Shown: in pieces, positions 36,994-49,993 of the stretch
How the letters are laid out: the number at the start of each line of letters is the position of its first letter
Position numbering within the stretch: the stretch's first letter is position 1
Assembly: GCA_051294905.1 (NCBI GenBank)
Contig: CM119377.1
Location: forward strand, 10,540,001-10,604,000
DNA: 64,000 nt
DNA from: Botryllus schlosseri
Lineage: Eukaryota
Direction: 5' to 3'
Made by a program: the position numbers and the translations under genes
The notes under the pieces: generated by a model
Databases searched by the model: none
What the model was told of the DNA's origin: nothing
Seen by the model: only the letters and a program-made list of their open reading frames with translations

Positions 36994-39900
36994 ATGAAAA
37001 ATGAGGAATTCAAGAAGCACCGGGAACAGAAAAGGATCGTGATATCGTATTTCTTCTACAATTTTGGCATTTTTCTAGTTTGGACTTCGTTTGTGGCCAT
37101 ATCAAGCCTGCAATCCAGCATTAACATCGAGGATGGTCTAGGTATGCAAAACATGTGAGCACTAATTTGATGCACTATTTTTAAATGGTCCTCATGACCG
37201 CTGGACCAGAGTAGAATTGGTGGCTACATCACATGCAACTTTACGTTTAATTCCTGAACCTAATTTTTCTACGCAAGAAACCCTTCTGTCACACATAACT
37301 CATTGCCGAAAACAACCACTGTTTCCAGCTTGACTACTGTATAGCCAAAACCCGCATTCATTGCACCTCTGGGACTCTTATTCAGAATATGGGAATATTG
37401 TATATGTGGATGCTACACGTGGTATTGACCATGACCATATGTTCATGATCTCCAGACGAGGATGCATAATTTCTTGGGTATGACGTGGCTGATTCTCTAC
37501 ATCGCTCCATCCTTAGACTCACCTTTACCTCAAAACCGATAAAATCTTATCCAGTGGTGTAATTCGATTGAGGGTCATGGGGGCACATAGAATATCGGTG
37601 GTCATAGAGAACACTACTCAAGATGTTTGTGCAACTGTGCATTGTTTCTCTGTGGCTGTATTTGTAACAAATCTCATTGTTGATTTCAGGCACAATAACA
37701 CTGGCTGTGACATTTGTTGTGGAGATTATATGTGCCGTGTTTTTCACGCCAATTGCCATACGACGATACGGGGCCAAGATATGGCTAATTATTGGAGACT
37801 TGGGAGCGATTCCGTACATCCTTGCAAACATGTACCCGAGTGAGTCCTATTGATGAGTGTTTGATAACTCATTTGTTTTATTTGAAACTCCAATGTAAGT
37901 CTAGGTAGGTGGCATCAACTGCTGTAATATTGTGGTTGTTGTAGGCATTATACCAGGCGATCGACCGACAAGATAGCGTAATGGTGAAGCGTCCGGCTTC
38001 TTGATCGGTAGGTCGTGGGTCCGATCCCCGGTCGGGTCAGACCAAAGACCTGATTAGTAACACGGGTATCCATGACTTCCCTGCTTGGCGCTCATGCATT
38101 ACTGGGATAGCATGGAGGGGTGGTGCAAGACTTAAAAAGCCGTACAAAGCTATATCTGCTCCTTCCTTGTCCAGCGGCATATGCACATCATGCACTCATG
38201 GCATGCATATGCAGTATGTACATATCGTGTCTATGTATATCATGAGTCGGTGTATATGCCGCAAAAACATCAAGGAAAAAAAATAAACTACGTCCTTTCC
38301 TTTCCGATCCTTTTCTTTATCCTTGAATTTTTTCACTTTCGACGAAATAAGTGGATGTTATTTTGACTCTCTGAAAATCAGACAGTAATCAAACTGGCCC
38401 TTAATTTATGGGTACCGGTAATTGATAGTTAATTGAGCTTTTTTCCCAATTTTTAGTACTGTAGTATAATGCTTATTCCAATTGTAAAATGTACTGGTAT
38501 AATTTATGTTCAAAATTCCAAATACTAATGCATGACTTTTCCATTACGGTAGTTTATTCAGTGCCATGACAGTTTTATTGTATTGACTTTGATTTTCTCG
38601 ATATTAACGATGCAACTGCACCAGGAAAAGAACCGGAAGTGTTAGTAAATATTATGATGTGTTGCCATGGAGAAAAAATTATAAACTTAATAAATGAGCC
38701 CTCAGTATCATTATTACCTAGCCTAAACCTAACAAATCCTGTGCCTTAGAAACAAAGCAATATTCCATCAATGTTCACAATTTCAACCAACTTTTCCTTG
38801 TTCAGGTTACTACACTCTGCTTCCGAGTGGCATCCTACTAGCTGTGTTGCAATCCAGTCTCTGGCCCAGTATGTGCCTGGTCAATGTCTTGTATGCAACA
38901 CTATTCTCTAATGTCAGTAAAAGACCAAAGGACGTTCACACAATCGTATTCACTGGTTATTTTTTCGCTGCTTTTCAGTTGGCACAAGTGAGTACTTGAG
39001 ATTTCTGCTTGGTTGTGGAAATTGATTTTATTGCCCGAGATGTAGCCTATATTGGCCCATGCCCATGTCCTGTCATCAATTGTTTGTTTTTGAGGTATTC
39101 ATGGTGTTTGTCGACTACTGTGGTCATGCACACCAGGCCAATTCTCTCATTTTTATTCCGTAGCTGCCGACTTGTAGCACGGATCACTTCTAGGCTTTTA
39201 TAAGACACCGCTTACGCAGATGAGATGGCGAGGAGGAGCCTAGATAAACCCCCAAAACTTAGGTAGGGATTCTGGAGTCGGACTCAAACCTGCAACCCAT
39301 TGGTGTTGCCGTTATGGATTATACCACTTCGCTATATCGCCTCCCTGTCATGAATGTAGACTATATGTATATAATTTTGCGTTTGAAAATTCCAGGCTGT
39401 ACCTATATCTAGTTTTTTTCGCATGTAGTATGATTCCCATGATGGATTTGTGGGGTGTTGTAAAGCCATTTTTATACTTCACAAACTGTTCCTTCATATA
39501 CGTCTGAAGTAATGAAATATGTCTAGCCTATTCCACTATAATTTCTCTTATAGCAAAACAGTACAGAACCAAAGTAATTTATTGTTTGAAAGCATTAGTC
39601 ATCACACTTATAAAATATAGGAAGAAATCAGAGCTGAGTATCATTATATCTATGCTGAGAAATATTATATCCATACCATAACTTTCAAAGAATAAGACAT
39701 GAATAACTGTTTTCACGAGTTTATTAGTCTGTACTATTTTTCTCAACTGTATATAACTTCATACTTTAGCTCAGTGGTTCTCAAACTGCGGGCGCATAAG
39801 CATCTCAAGGGGGGGGGCGCAAAGCCGACTTAGAGAAATGAAGTTTCTTAATCTCGGAATGAGTTTAATCTATGCTGAAACTTCCAAGTTTCGACAACGG

Positions 39901-42900
39901 CAATAACCGAAATCTTTCACTATCATCAAGGGAGGCGTGTCTAAAAATGTTTGAGAACCACTGCTTTAGATAGTTCAACATGTATCGGTCAAACCAGCCA
40001 CTCATATATATTGCAAGATTTCTAGAAAATACAGATACCAGAGTTGATATCTATCCGTGTCTATTTCAGATGTGCGGAGGTCTCCTCGCCTACGTTGTTT
40101 TATACGGATTCGATCAGATACCTGTGCCAAGCTTAGATTCCTTCCAAGAGTGCCAAGCCCTTAATGCAACCACCGTAAACACCACATCCTGCCTTTCAAA
40201 TCATACCTCGTACCAATTTTGCGGCATACACGATTGTCAAGATCCCGACGTCATCAACGAAACGATACAACATTACAAACCCATAAACTCGATATCACTT
40301 TATGTTTTGATCGCGATCTCTTCATTGCTGGCGGTTTGTGCGGCAGTTGTTCATGCAATTTTTGTTCCAAGCGATAAGATTTTCGAGCACAAGCAAAATT
40401 TTTACTCGGCGCAAATGAACATAATAGCGCGACAGAGTGAAGATGGAGGAGATGTGAGTTTGTTGAAGAATACAGATGAGGATGGTGTGAAGCCTACTGC
40501 ATTATATGCACCATCTAAGGTAAGTACCAGACCCACGTATATGGTTACTATGGGACCGATATTTTCAGTAGCCCAATACAATGCTCACTAAACTAGTGGT
40601 TTTCTTTTTCGGATTAGTTTTTAGACAAAATTCTGTCAAGTCGAGCATAGTTTTTATGGATTTTCATAGTGTCTATTTGTGCAACTATCATAGCAACTGG
40701 GCGAATTACCCTTGTATCGAGGCAATTAAATATGGTTTTGATATTGCATCTCTTTACGGAACTGTATCACTATTATTCTTCATGTGTTTGCGATTATGAG
40801 CTACAGTTGTAGCATGTTATCGTTGTATATTTGTCTGACATTCGTCCTAATGTACCTTTTTCAAGTTGCTCACTTGCTATTTTTGACCGCATAATTTTAT
40901 ACCGTACTTCTACAACATGATTTCTTCCAAACGGCACCATCAACCACTTAAAGCACCTCTGTTATCAAACAATTTGTCCTGAAACCAATTTTTTGCGCTA
41001 CGAGGTCAAAACTCCCGTCCTATGTGCCATTTTGATATCGAATTGAGAAGAAGTTTAATTGTGAAAAAATCTGCATTCAGGGTCAGAGTTTATCCAAGCA
41101 GTGTGCTGAAATCTCGAAGGCAATATGGAGGCATGTTTGTCACGCCAAACTGTTGCTTATAGTACCAATTACTTTTTACAACGGACTGACTATGGCGTTT
41201 GTGGCAACTGAGATGACGAGAGCGTTCTCGTCTTGCATCATCGGAGTGCAATGGGTAAGCAGTGGTTTTCGAATAATAGGTGTGGGTACCTACCAAGATT
41301 CAATAATGTTATTATTGGTTCGTTGACATATGAGCATGCTACATAGCATGCGACACTTCGGCATGCATCAATTGGGTATCCCACGCATGAGCATGTGGGT
41401 TAAATTATGGGTTAGGGGTGGGTTAGGGATGGATTTATGGCTGGGTTAGGGTTAGGGTTTGGGTTAGGATATATATAAGGGTTATTTCCAGGTGTATGTT
41501 ATGGGTTAGGGCAAGTTTTTTGGTTATAATTTCACATACTGAAGTGTCCCATGCTGCCATTGTGTCGCATGCGCATATGTCGGGCAACCGTTATTATTAC
41601 TACATTATGCTGCTACTACATTCATCATCGTAATTTTATTCGTTTCACAAGCTTTCGAAGCACCACTCCTTCATCAGGTGTTAAAGCTTTACGCCACTCC
41701 GACAGCTCGTGTAATGAATAAAATTATTAATTTGTTAATTTGTAAGGAGACATTAAGTAACATGTGATAGCTGCCAAGACCTTACTTACATGTAGGTCAC
41801 ACCTACGACTACGAGGACTATTTGTTCACGTGTTTTTTGTGTTTACAGTTGGTACTACGGTACTTCCGTTTCAACTTGTTTGCACGCTCCCTGTTTCAAA
41901 CCTGACACCGCTTACTCTTTCTTTTCTCTCTGAAGTAGTTTTGTCTTGTCTAATACTTGCACATGATCGTAGTTTTCGTCGATTTCTTGTATTTATAGTT
42001 TTACTTAAAATATCATCTATAAACGCTTCAATCAGAATTATAGAGGCACGGGTTCCTCAAAGTTTATAAAGTCTACTGCAGTCGTGGTATTTTTTAAACT
42101 ATTCTTTAAGCAAATATTGTCTCAACTCAACAACAACTGAAACAAGTATATTTTCGCAGGTTGGAATTGGTATGGCTATATACGGTTTCTTCGATGCGGT
42201 ATTTTCATGGATCGTGGGGAAATTCGGTAGAAAATTAGGAAGGATAGCGCTGTACACAATTGCGCTTGTACTGGATTTCGGAAACTATGTCTACGTGATC
42301 TTGTGGTCTCCCAGTGAATTTATTTTGCTGTCAGTTCTCATTATCTACATCACGTTCGGTAGCACCGATGGAATATTTCAGACCATAATAAACGGTAAGC
42401 ATTTGTTTATGACAATATGCATCACTTAACAGAAGCAATGGTACGGAAAGAGTCATAATCGAGTCACATGATATTGATAAAATCCTGTCTTTGATTTACC
42501 TGGAAGTAGGTCAGATGACATCTGAAGTTTTCTGACTCTTTGGTCAATGTTTGTACACAATAACATACTTTATAACGCGCTGTGCAATATTAAGCAGGTA
42601 ATTTTGAATCGATGTTGAATCTGGTAAGCTGTACCAATCAGAGCAGCCCTGGTCGTGTCATATAGGCATTCTTTATTGCTTTCTATGACTGATCTGACAA
42701 TATTATAGATCTTGTGATAGTAGTGTTTCAAATGGTGATGTTAGTTGTAAAATACTCTTCTAATTCATCATATCAGTTACGCACATGGACTATTTTCCAC
42801 AAGATGAAGACCTCGCAGTACTTGTTTGGAATACGGTGATTTTATTTGGATTTGCTGCGGGCTACGCGATAAGTCCATTCATGTGCGTTGGAACCAGAGT

Positions 42901-44671
42901 GTACCTCAACCTTGGCGTGCTAATATTTGGATATCTTTGCCTCGGTAAGACTCTTATTTCACAAGTTTGGTGCAGATTGGTCAAAGTAGTCGGCATTTGT
43001 ACCCAAGTAGAAGGGATATCAAAATTACTTCGAGTGGAACTAGAAAATGAAGGCCTGAAAATTACTCAAGTGTTTCAAAATAGATGACGGTAGTTGAGGT
43101 GTCGCATATTTTTTGCAATTAACCCGATATGAATTATTTTCAAAATTGCAGGCTGCATCTTCGTGACCAGCGCAAAATGACTAATATGACACTTTAAATA
43201 GGCACGATTTTCGTAAATATATTCATCTGCCGTGACACAGGGACTGTTTCGCCCATGTTATGACAATTTCACTCTACTTAACAAAATTATAGATGCAAAA
43301 ATTTGTTGCAATTCACTCTTCACACAATTCAAAATGAACCTCTTACGTTGAAAAACAATTGCCAATGCTAGGAAATGACACAATCGCTCTAAACTTTTTT
43401 CCATGATTGTGATGCATACTTTACTATGCTAGAGTTGAAATGTCAAGGCCTACTCATACTATTGAAAAGCAATTCGTTCAAAATTAGAAGCACCCATCTA
43501 ATTGTATACTAATTCTGAACTTTTAAGCAAATGTCACTATTTTTATATAATCAAAAGCGGTGCCGGTCAGGCATTGGTCAAAGTAGTCTATGTTGCTGCT
43601 CAAGTAGAAGTTACTCCGTAAAGTTCTACTCAATTACAAATAGAAGTAGCAATTTCTGAGACCGTTCAAAGCTACTTCATATGGAATTAGAAGAGGTTTG
43701 AAAAGTATTCAAGCAAGTAGTTTCAAAAAGTAGATTTATTCACGGGGTCACACACTTCTTGCAAATGACGCTTCAAATATGATATTACAAATGATTTTAT
43801 TGATGCTACAAATAGATACAATCATTGAAATTTTAGTCAGTTACCACGACACAGGTGCCATGCATCTCCACTCATAAAAGTGATACAAAATCTATAGTCT
43901 ATGAAGTAAGTAGTATTACATAGAGACTGTTTAAGTACAAGTGGAAGTAGTAGCGTAACCAATTCAGCAAATAGGTAAAACCTACTTGAGTACCTTGACA
44001 AAGTAGAAATATTTTGTTGTGGTTCAGTTCTGTATATAATATAGGACTGTCTTTACATCTACTGTATCCATTTTGATTTTAGACATTTATGAAAGTCTTA
44101 TTATTGTGCTCAAAAACTGCAATATTATTATAATTTTAGAATATTGAATACAGTGCTGCATCTCGTTGTTGCATTCAGTTAAATCAGCGTAAATGTACAA
44201 CATTCACTATATGTATATGTAGAAAATCTTCATGTTTAATTGTTTATATATCTCGCTGAACTATCTATGATGTGATAACTAAGCAGTAATTCTTGTGAAC
44301 AGTATTTGTAACTCGTTATGCTATTTTTCTTCTCCTTGTGTTCTTCATTTTGTACTTTAGGATAAATTATGAACATCACGCTTTGAAAACCGAGATAGCA
44401 GTTTAGCCGACATTCTGGACTGGTAGTAACTTTTATCCATTGCATTTATGTAATTCCTACATAAACTCTTTCTGTCCCTCTCTTAATGTGACCTCACATT
44501 TTGCTGAATTCTTGGGAGTTATGCTTTCAGTTGACTAACCAACGGAGCTATTTTCTTTCAGTGGCAGCAGAATATTTTGAACGCAAGGACAAGGCATCGA
44601 AACAAACACCTGCCGATGATGGTGATGACGCTCCTGTTGTTTCTGAGCGATCAAGTGCAATTATCTCTTGA
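36994..44671 (+). CDS. UNC-93-like MFS membrane protein C (8 exons, ~538 aa)
   Basis: Exons 36994-37141, 37690-37839, 38806-38987, 40070-40519, 41081-41254, 42160-42394, 42777-42944, 44562-44671. All GT-AG; total 1617 nt in frame. SLQSSINIEDGLG, FCGIHDC, DGIFQTIIN motifs. Confidence 0.9.
37964..38125 (+). mobile_element. tRNA-derived SINE (family 1), 3'-truncated, in intron 2 of UNC-93 C
   Basis: TAGCGTAATGG / GGTCCGATCCC boxes; body aligns with 35375-35520. Confidence 0.75.
39085..39344 (-). mobile_element. tRNA-derived SINE (family 2)
   Basis: Minus strand A box TAGCGAAGTGG (39334-39324) and B box GGTTTGAGTCC (39290-39280); body matches 25635-25830. Confidence 0.7.
39772..39963. mobile_element. 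192-bp hAT (Charlie-like) MITE
   Basis: TIR CAGTGGTTCTCAAAC / GTTTGAGAACCACTG; TSD CTTTAGCT / CTTTAGAT (1 mismatch). Confidence 0.88.
41316..41590. mobile_element. ~275-bp inverted-repeat element with internal telomere-like (GGGTTA)n tracts
   Basis: Imperfect ~45-bp TIRs (GGTT..GACATATG.GCATGC...ACACTTC); interior GGGTTAGGGGTGGGTTAGGG...GGGTTAGGGTTAGGGTTTGGGTTAGG; lies in intron 5 of UNC-93 C. Confidence 0.65.
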
Positions 44672-45513
44672 CTAGTCTCAACTATGCAAAAAAATCAATA
44701 ATGTATATTTTGTTTAATATTTTATGATGTGGTTTAATATCCGTTTTTGGTTTTTTGGTGTTCGATTGTTAGACTAATTAATTACCTTATCCAGCCATTT
44801 TAACATATAACACTGTCGCATCATATCGTTCTCTCAGATTATACTGTGTGCTTCCATTAATCAGATAAGATTTTACATAGGATCAATTTTGTGACGATAC
44901 TTTTCAAAATTCCGATAATGAAATCACGCGTATCGGTGTGTGGCCTAAGTCCTGTCCTAATCAATGACCCTTTTTGCAAGTGTATCTACACAGCACTTTA
45001 TTGTGTTTTATTGTTCTGTGCTTTTGAGCAGCATGATTATTGTCTGCGCTTGGTTTGAATAAAGCTGTTCAGTACTAATTGTTCGCATTGTAACTGACGG
45101 CTGTGTCGTGCCTGGAGCAATTAGGTGTAACTGACCAGATATTATGGTCGTGGTGTACCAATAGCCTACTTAACTAGCAACTCGATGTCTTGAGGTTGGC
45201 GACTTCTTAAACCCACAGGTTTACTCGGTACGGATGTATTGCAGAAAAGTAAGGTACGTCAGGTAGCGTAATAAAATGAGTCTGACCATATACGAAGAGA
45301 TCGGGTGACACGAAAAAGGGTGGTGTGGTCTGTGAGAAAAACAAGGTTAGATCTTGCGCAATGCGCGACAGGTTAGCGAAGCTTGCGCAACACGCAAAGG
45401 GATTACGATGCTAATTAGGCAATACGCGACAAAGGATTGCCAAGCTTAGTATCGTTGCCATGATATTGTGCAATGGTATGTGGGTCACGTGGTGATCCAT
45501 ACGAGGACAGTAT

Positions 45514-46787
45514 CAGAGGTGGTCAAAGTAGTCCAGAAAGCTACTCAAGTAGAAGTAGCGACGAAAAAATCTATTCAAGTACGAGTAGAAGTGCTTCTTT
45601 CATAAGCAACCTAAAACTACTTGAAGTAGAAGTAGAATTGAGTGTCTTTAAATCTACTCAAGTAAGTAAGTAGTTGTGAAAACGATCGTAACTTGTTCGC
45701 ACGGACTGTAAAAGGTGCAAATGGAGCTATGCGGAAGGTGTAGAGAGCTTGATTCATATTGACGCATCTCAGAAGGTGTCAATTTTTGACAGAATAAGCA
45801 GTCGTCCACATCATGGGATGTAAATGATAGTATTGCTATGGAAATGCGATACTAAGCCTTTGTTTACTCGAACACCCCGTTTTAGAGAATATCATGGCAT
45901 GGCGCCCTCCCCCATATTATAAGACCCCTAGTTCAGTCGAAGAGCAATACGGAGCAGTTATGTCGGATACGGCTTTAACGCTTTGCGTAATTAGAATACA
46001 TTAATTAAAAATATGGCAGATCGTAAAAATACCATATAGTGTATAGCTTTATTTTCGGAAAATATAAGGCATTACTACACTTTCTTTTATACTTTCACAT
46101 GTATGTTCTACAGACAAAAGAACTGAAACTATAATTAGTAGGCTACTCAACGTATAATACTCGTATTTGACAGAAAAATACAAATACTACTTCTAAAAAG
46201 CGGAAAATATATTTCATGTCTTTTTTCCAGAAAGTTTCAACGGTGGTCTGCTAAAACAGGTCTAAGTCAAAGGCCACGTCCACTCATCCAGATTAGGAGA
46301 CGTCATGGGCTGCTAGGTATAATAGGTAATTGCTAGATTGCGAAACGGTAGTTTCAAACGTTATGGGGGCCATACTTACTGTGATGAAATATTTGATATA
46401 GTCGACAATGCGGTGTGAACGGAACCACGCAACCCGGCATCTAAATTATATTCAGCGATACTTTCGTTAAAAAAATATTTGTCACTTGATATCTACTGTG
46501 CGCGAAGCGCAACGAAAATTCTTGGTATTACATGACTTTTATCAAAATTAAATGTTGGTACTACTACGTGAAAACAGCCCCGAAATTCCTTAGGCTATCT
46601 TTGTTATTGAGGGATTAAACTACTTCTACTTGACAAACTGAAAATAGCGAAAAGTAAGTAAGTAGTTGACAAGATATTACGAAGTAGAAGTAGCGAAAAA
46701 AGATGTACTTGAGTAAGTACCAAAAGTAGAGGAAAAATACTTGAGTACTTCGAAAAAGTAGAAGTACTTCGTTACTGACCACCTCTG
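45514..46787. mobile_element. hAT-like non-autonomous element (CAGAGGTGGTCA termini, AGTAGAAGTA/CTACTCAAGTA subterminal repeats)
   Basis: TIR CAGAGGTGGTCA / TGACCACCTCTG, perfect 8-bp TSD GACAGTAT. Decayed relatives at ~26584-26831, 43568-44005, 48955-49095, 50234-50720, 60615-60690. Confidence 0.9.
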
Positions 46788-46822
46788 GACAGTATACTTA
46801 CCTTGTAACAGATACCTGACGT

Positions 46823-47209
46823 TAGGGTTACCATACGTCCTCTAGGAGGATTTGTCCTCCTTTTTCGGGTTTTTGAAAATGTCCTCCGAGGACGCTTAAA
46901 TGTCTTCCTTTTCGGCTATTCGTCCTTCTTTGCAGCTTTTAAAGCTAAGATATTGGAGAGATTCGAGGGGAAATGGGCATAAATGACGCTAAATAGGAAA
47001 TTCGTGGTTCGAATGAAGATGACGACCTTTGTTTTAGTCAATACCACCGAGTTTACGTATAAAATGTGTAAATCGGGAGTCGAACGAAAGTGATGCCTTA
47101 TTTTTATTCAACCAACCACGAATAAGTCGGGAAATATATACCTTTTTTTCCGGATTTTACTCCTGAAAAAGTGTCCTCCGTTGCCGATTTCAAAAATATG
47201 GTAACCCTA
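46823..47209. mobile_element. hAT (Blackjack-like) MITE
   Basis: TIR TAGGGTTACCATA / TATGGTAACCCTA, perfect 8-bp TSD CCTGACGT, TGTCCTC subterminal repeats. Partial relatives at 47467-47790, ~32000-32175, ~60940-61230. Confidence 0.9.
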
Positions 47210-47914
47210 CCTGACGTTACCTAGGGACATTGGATTAAGGACCATAGTGGCCTGCTACAGAATGCTACAATTTCGTTAGTGATGAATAGGTGTTGAAGTC
47301 ACTGGCAGATTCTGATATATTTTGTAGATACATAGCCTGGGATACTACTTATCGTCACCACATGGTATGACATATCGAGATCAACAGGTTCACCTAACAT
47401 CAGTCAGTAATTTTGGGTCAAAGTCTTATCGCCGCCGGTCCTGGTCTTTCTAATATCTCATTTAGGTAGGGTTACCATACGTCCTCTTTTCAATTGGATT
47501 TGTCCTCTTTTTCGACTTTTTTGAAAGTGTCCTCGGAGAATTTTGGTTAAATGTACGTGGAAATTCGACGGAGATATGGGAAATTATCGGCCAAGTGACG
47601 ATCCGACGGGTTTTCTGGACTTGAGCCAGAAAATTGACCTTTTTTAGTCAACCAACGGAAAATCTGATAGAAAGAAGTCGGCTGACCACAAAGTCGGGAA
47701 AATTTACCATTTTTTTAGGATTTTACTCCAGTATTGTAAGTCTGAAAATTTTGAAAAAGTGTCCTCTTTTCAGATTTCCAAAACTACTATGACTATACGG
47801 TGTATGTAAATAATGCGTTGGCTGCTTATTGGCACTGGATTTCCCTGTGCGAGACGGATATTCTTGTTAACTCGTTGCAAAATGCCGCGGACAAAGAGGG
47901 ATTTTCATGAAAAC

Positions 47915-48050
47915 AACAAATTAGATTATAACTAAAATTAGAGGATATGAACATTTGACAATTAGATTAGAACATAGGTACATTTCACAAATTAGATTAG
48001 AATTAGAGCATAGAAACATTTCACAAATTAGATTAGAATTAGATTACCGG
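47915..48050. repeat. Short degenerate tandem repeat (ACATTTCACAAATTAGATTAGA units)
   Basis: Three to four imperfect ~30-36-bp units built from AATTAGATTAG. Confidence 0.7.
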
Positions 48051-49993
48051 CATTTCGCTCTAATTTGGTGAAATTACACAAGAGAATTTTCTAGTTGTCC
48101 AAGTCTGGCCAGTAGTAGAAACATCGCAGGCTAGGAAAATTAGGCCACTCCGTGACTCGTGATAGTGCTATCAATGTTCGATGTAACGTAGTAATGATGA
48201 GAAGTTATAGTCTTGGCCTGGACAATTTGCGATTGTCACGTTTGCACCGCAAACGCATTTGGGAATGCTTTTTGGTTGCAGCCTGAGCCGGGTCGCTGTT
48301 ATTAACGAGATACAATCGCACAAGCTCAAACGTTAATTGGTCTTAACTATCTCCACACACCCAAATACTATACCATCTTAGCAGACAGTAGACATCACAT
48401 TGATTCAAAACAAATTTAATCCAGATCATGTGCAATAACATGCAACAGGCTAATTCATTTGCGCATCTTCGCTGTTCATATTTGATCGCAAAATTGAGAC
48501 ATCTCCCGCCGTGCTGTAATATGATCTGCGCGCGCGATTTCTTGATAACGATCCTCGCTTTGGTAATTAGGTCATGATACCTCGCTGTCTCTCTTTCCGC
48601 TGTTATCTTAGCTTGCGGGTTATGGTGTTGTATTTTAATCCTACACCGGGTTATATATATGCGAATGGTGAAGTCACAAACACAAGAAAGATTATCTGAC
48701 CATTGTAATATCTGTATTTGTGTATACAATTAACCTGATGAATCGGTTAGAACTTGGAACATCATTTTTTTGAAGCATTCTCCTTTTTTTTTAAAATACC
48801 CCTCTTTTTAAAAAATATGCCTCGTTTTTTCTCGGCTGGCTACGCCCCTCTCCACTAAATCGCGCGGAGAAAATTTTCAGGGTAAATAGAATCGGCCCCA
48901 CAACACTCTATTTTGTTGATTTACGAAATTTCAAAATCCAACTTTTAAAACTAGTTCTTCGAGTACTTTTGAGACTAGTAATTTTATACTTGAAGTAGTT
49001 TTGAGCTGTATAGTAAATTATCGACTTCTACGTTGGAATTGAGTAGAAATTTACTGCATTACTTCTACGTGAGTAGCAACGCCGACTATACTTTGATGAA
49101 CATTAATTATAGACAGTGTCCGAAGATCGATTTATCACGATGGAAACCAATTCAAAGTATATCAGTGTTATCATTCATACTGATCTTGTTAACGACGTAT
49201 TTAGTCAAAAATCCCATGCATGAACAATTGAACACCCGAGCAATGAACATAAATACCTGAATATACCGGGAAATATCAGTCTAACAGTCTTCAGTTATTT
49301 TTGCTACGGACCTACGGAAATTAGTCATACATGTAGTTATATTTGTCGTTTTCTGCTGTATTACCCGCGGCACCATAGCAGAGGACACTCTTGCTTTCAT
49401 TAACCGATCTACTGACTACACCTCTCTGCCTTGCTGCAAAGTTTCAACCATTCTTGTGGCTCCGTATAGATTTAAAAAATAAATACACAGAAGACGAAAT
49501 AGTGGTGAATATATATTTCGCGATATCCAATCGAAAAATCCAGGGTTAAATCAACGTCCAATTACGATCTTTAACTCCGCAATTCGTCCAGGAATATTTT
49601 TGAATCCAATGCCTCCGATATTCTTGCAAACTCTGTTGCACTAAAGAGTGCGACAATCGCTATAGTTGCACTCGCCCGGTATGTAAACATATCGGCGGGT
49701 TTCCCCGAACATAGCAACAGCTGATTGAGGACGCATGACCCGATTTTAATGTCGCAGAGATTTACGATGTCGCTTGGGCGGAAACAGTGCAATTCAAGTT
49801 GCTACGTTAATGATTCAAAGAATAAACTTATTTCCGCATTGGCACCTGCTTTGACGTAACATGTAAATTCATCAGATACATTTATACAGGTGAGTGTGTG
49901 ATGGAACGCACAGTGGTCTTTACAGCATTCTGTTATACGTATTACAGCATCGTGTTTTGTAGTCGGAGCAACCTCTTTTGTGAATGTACCAGC

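Noticed and set aside
35375-39344. tRNA genes
   Set aside because: A/B boxes are present, but there is no convincing cloverleaf and each head runs into a shared non-tRNA body, so these are SINEs.
41400-41520. True telomere or chromosome-fusion site
   Set aside because: Only a few degenerate TTAGGG units, enclosed in a small inverted-repeat element within an intron.
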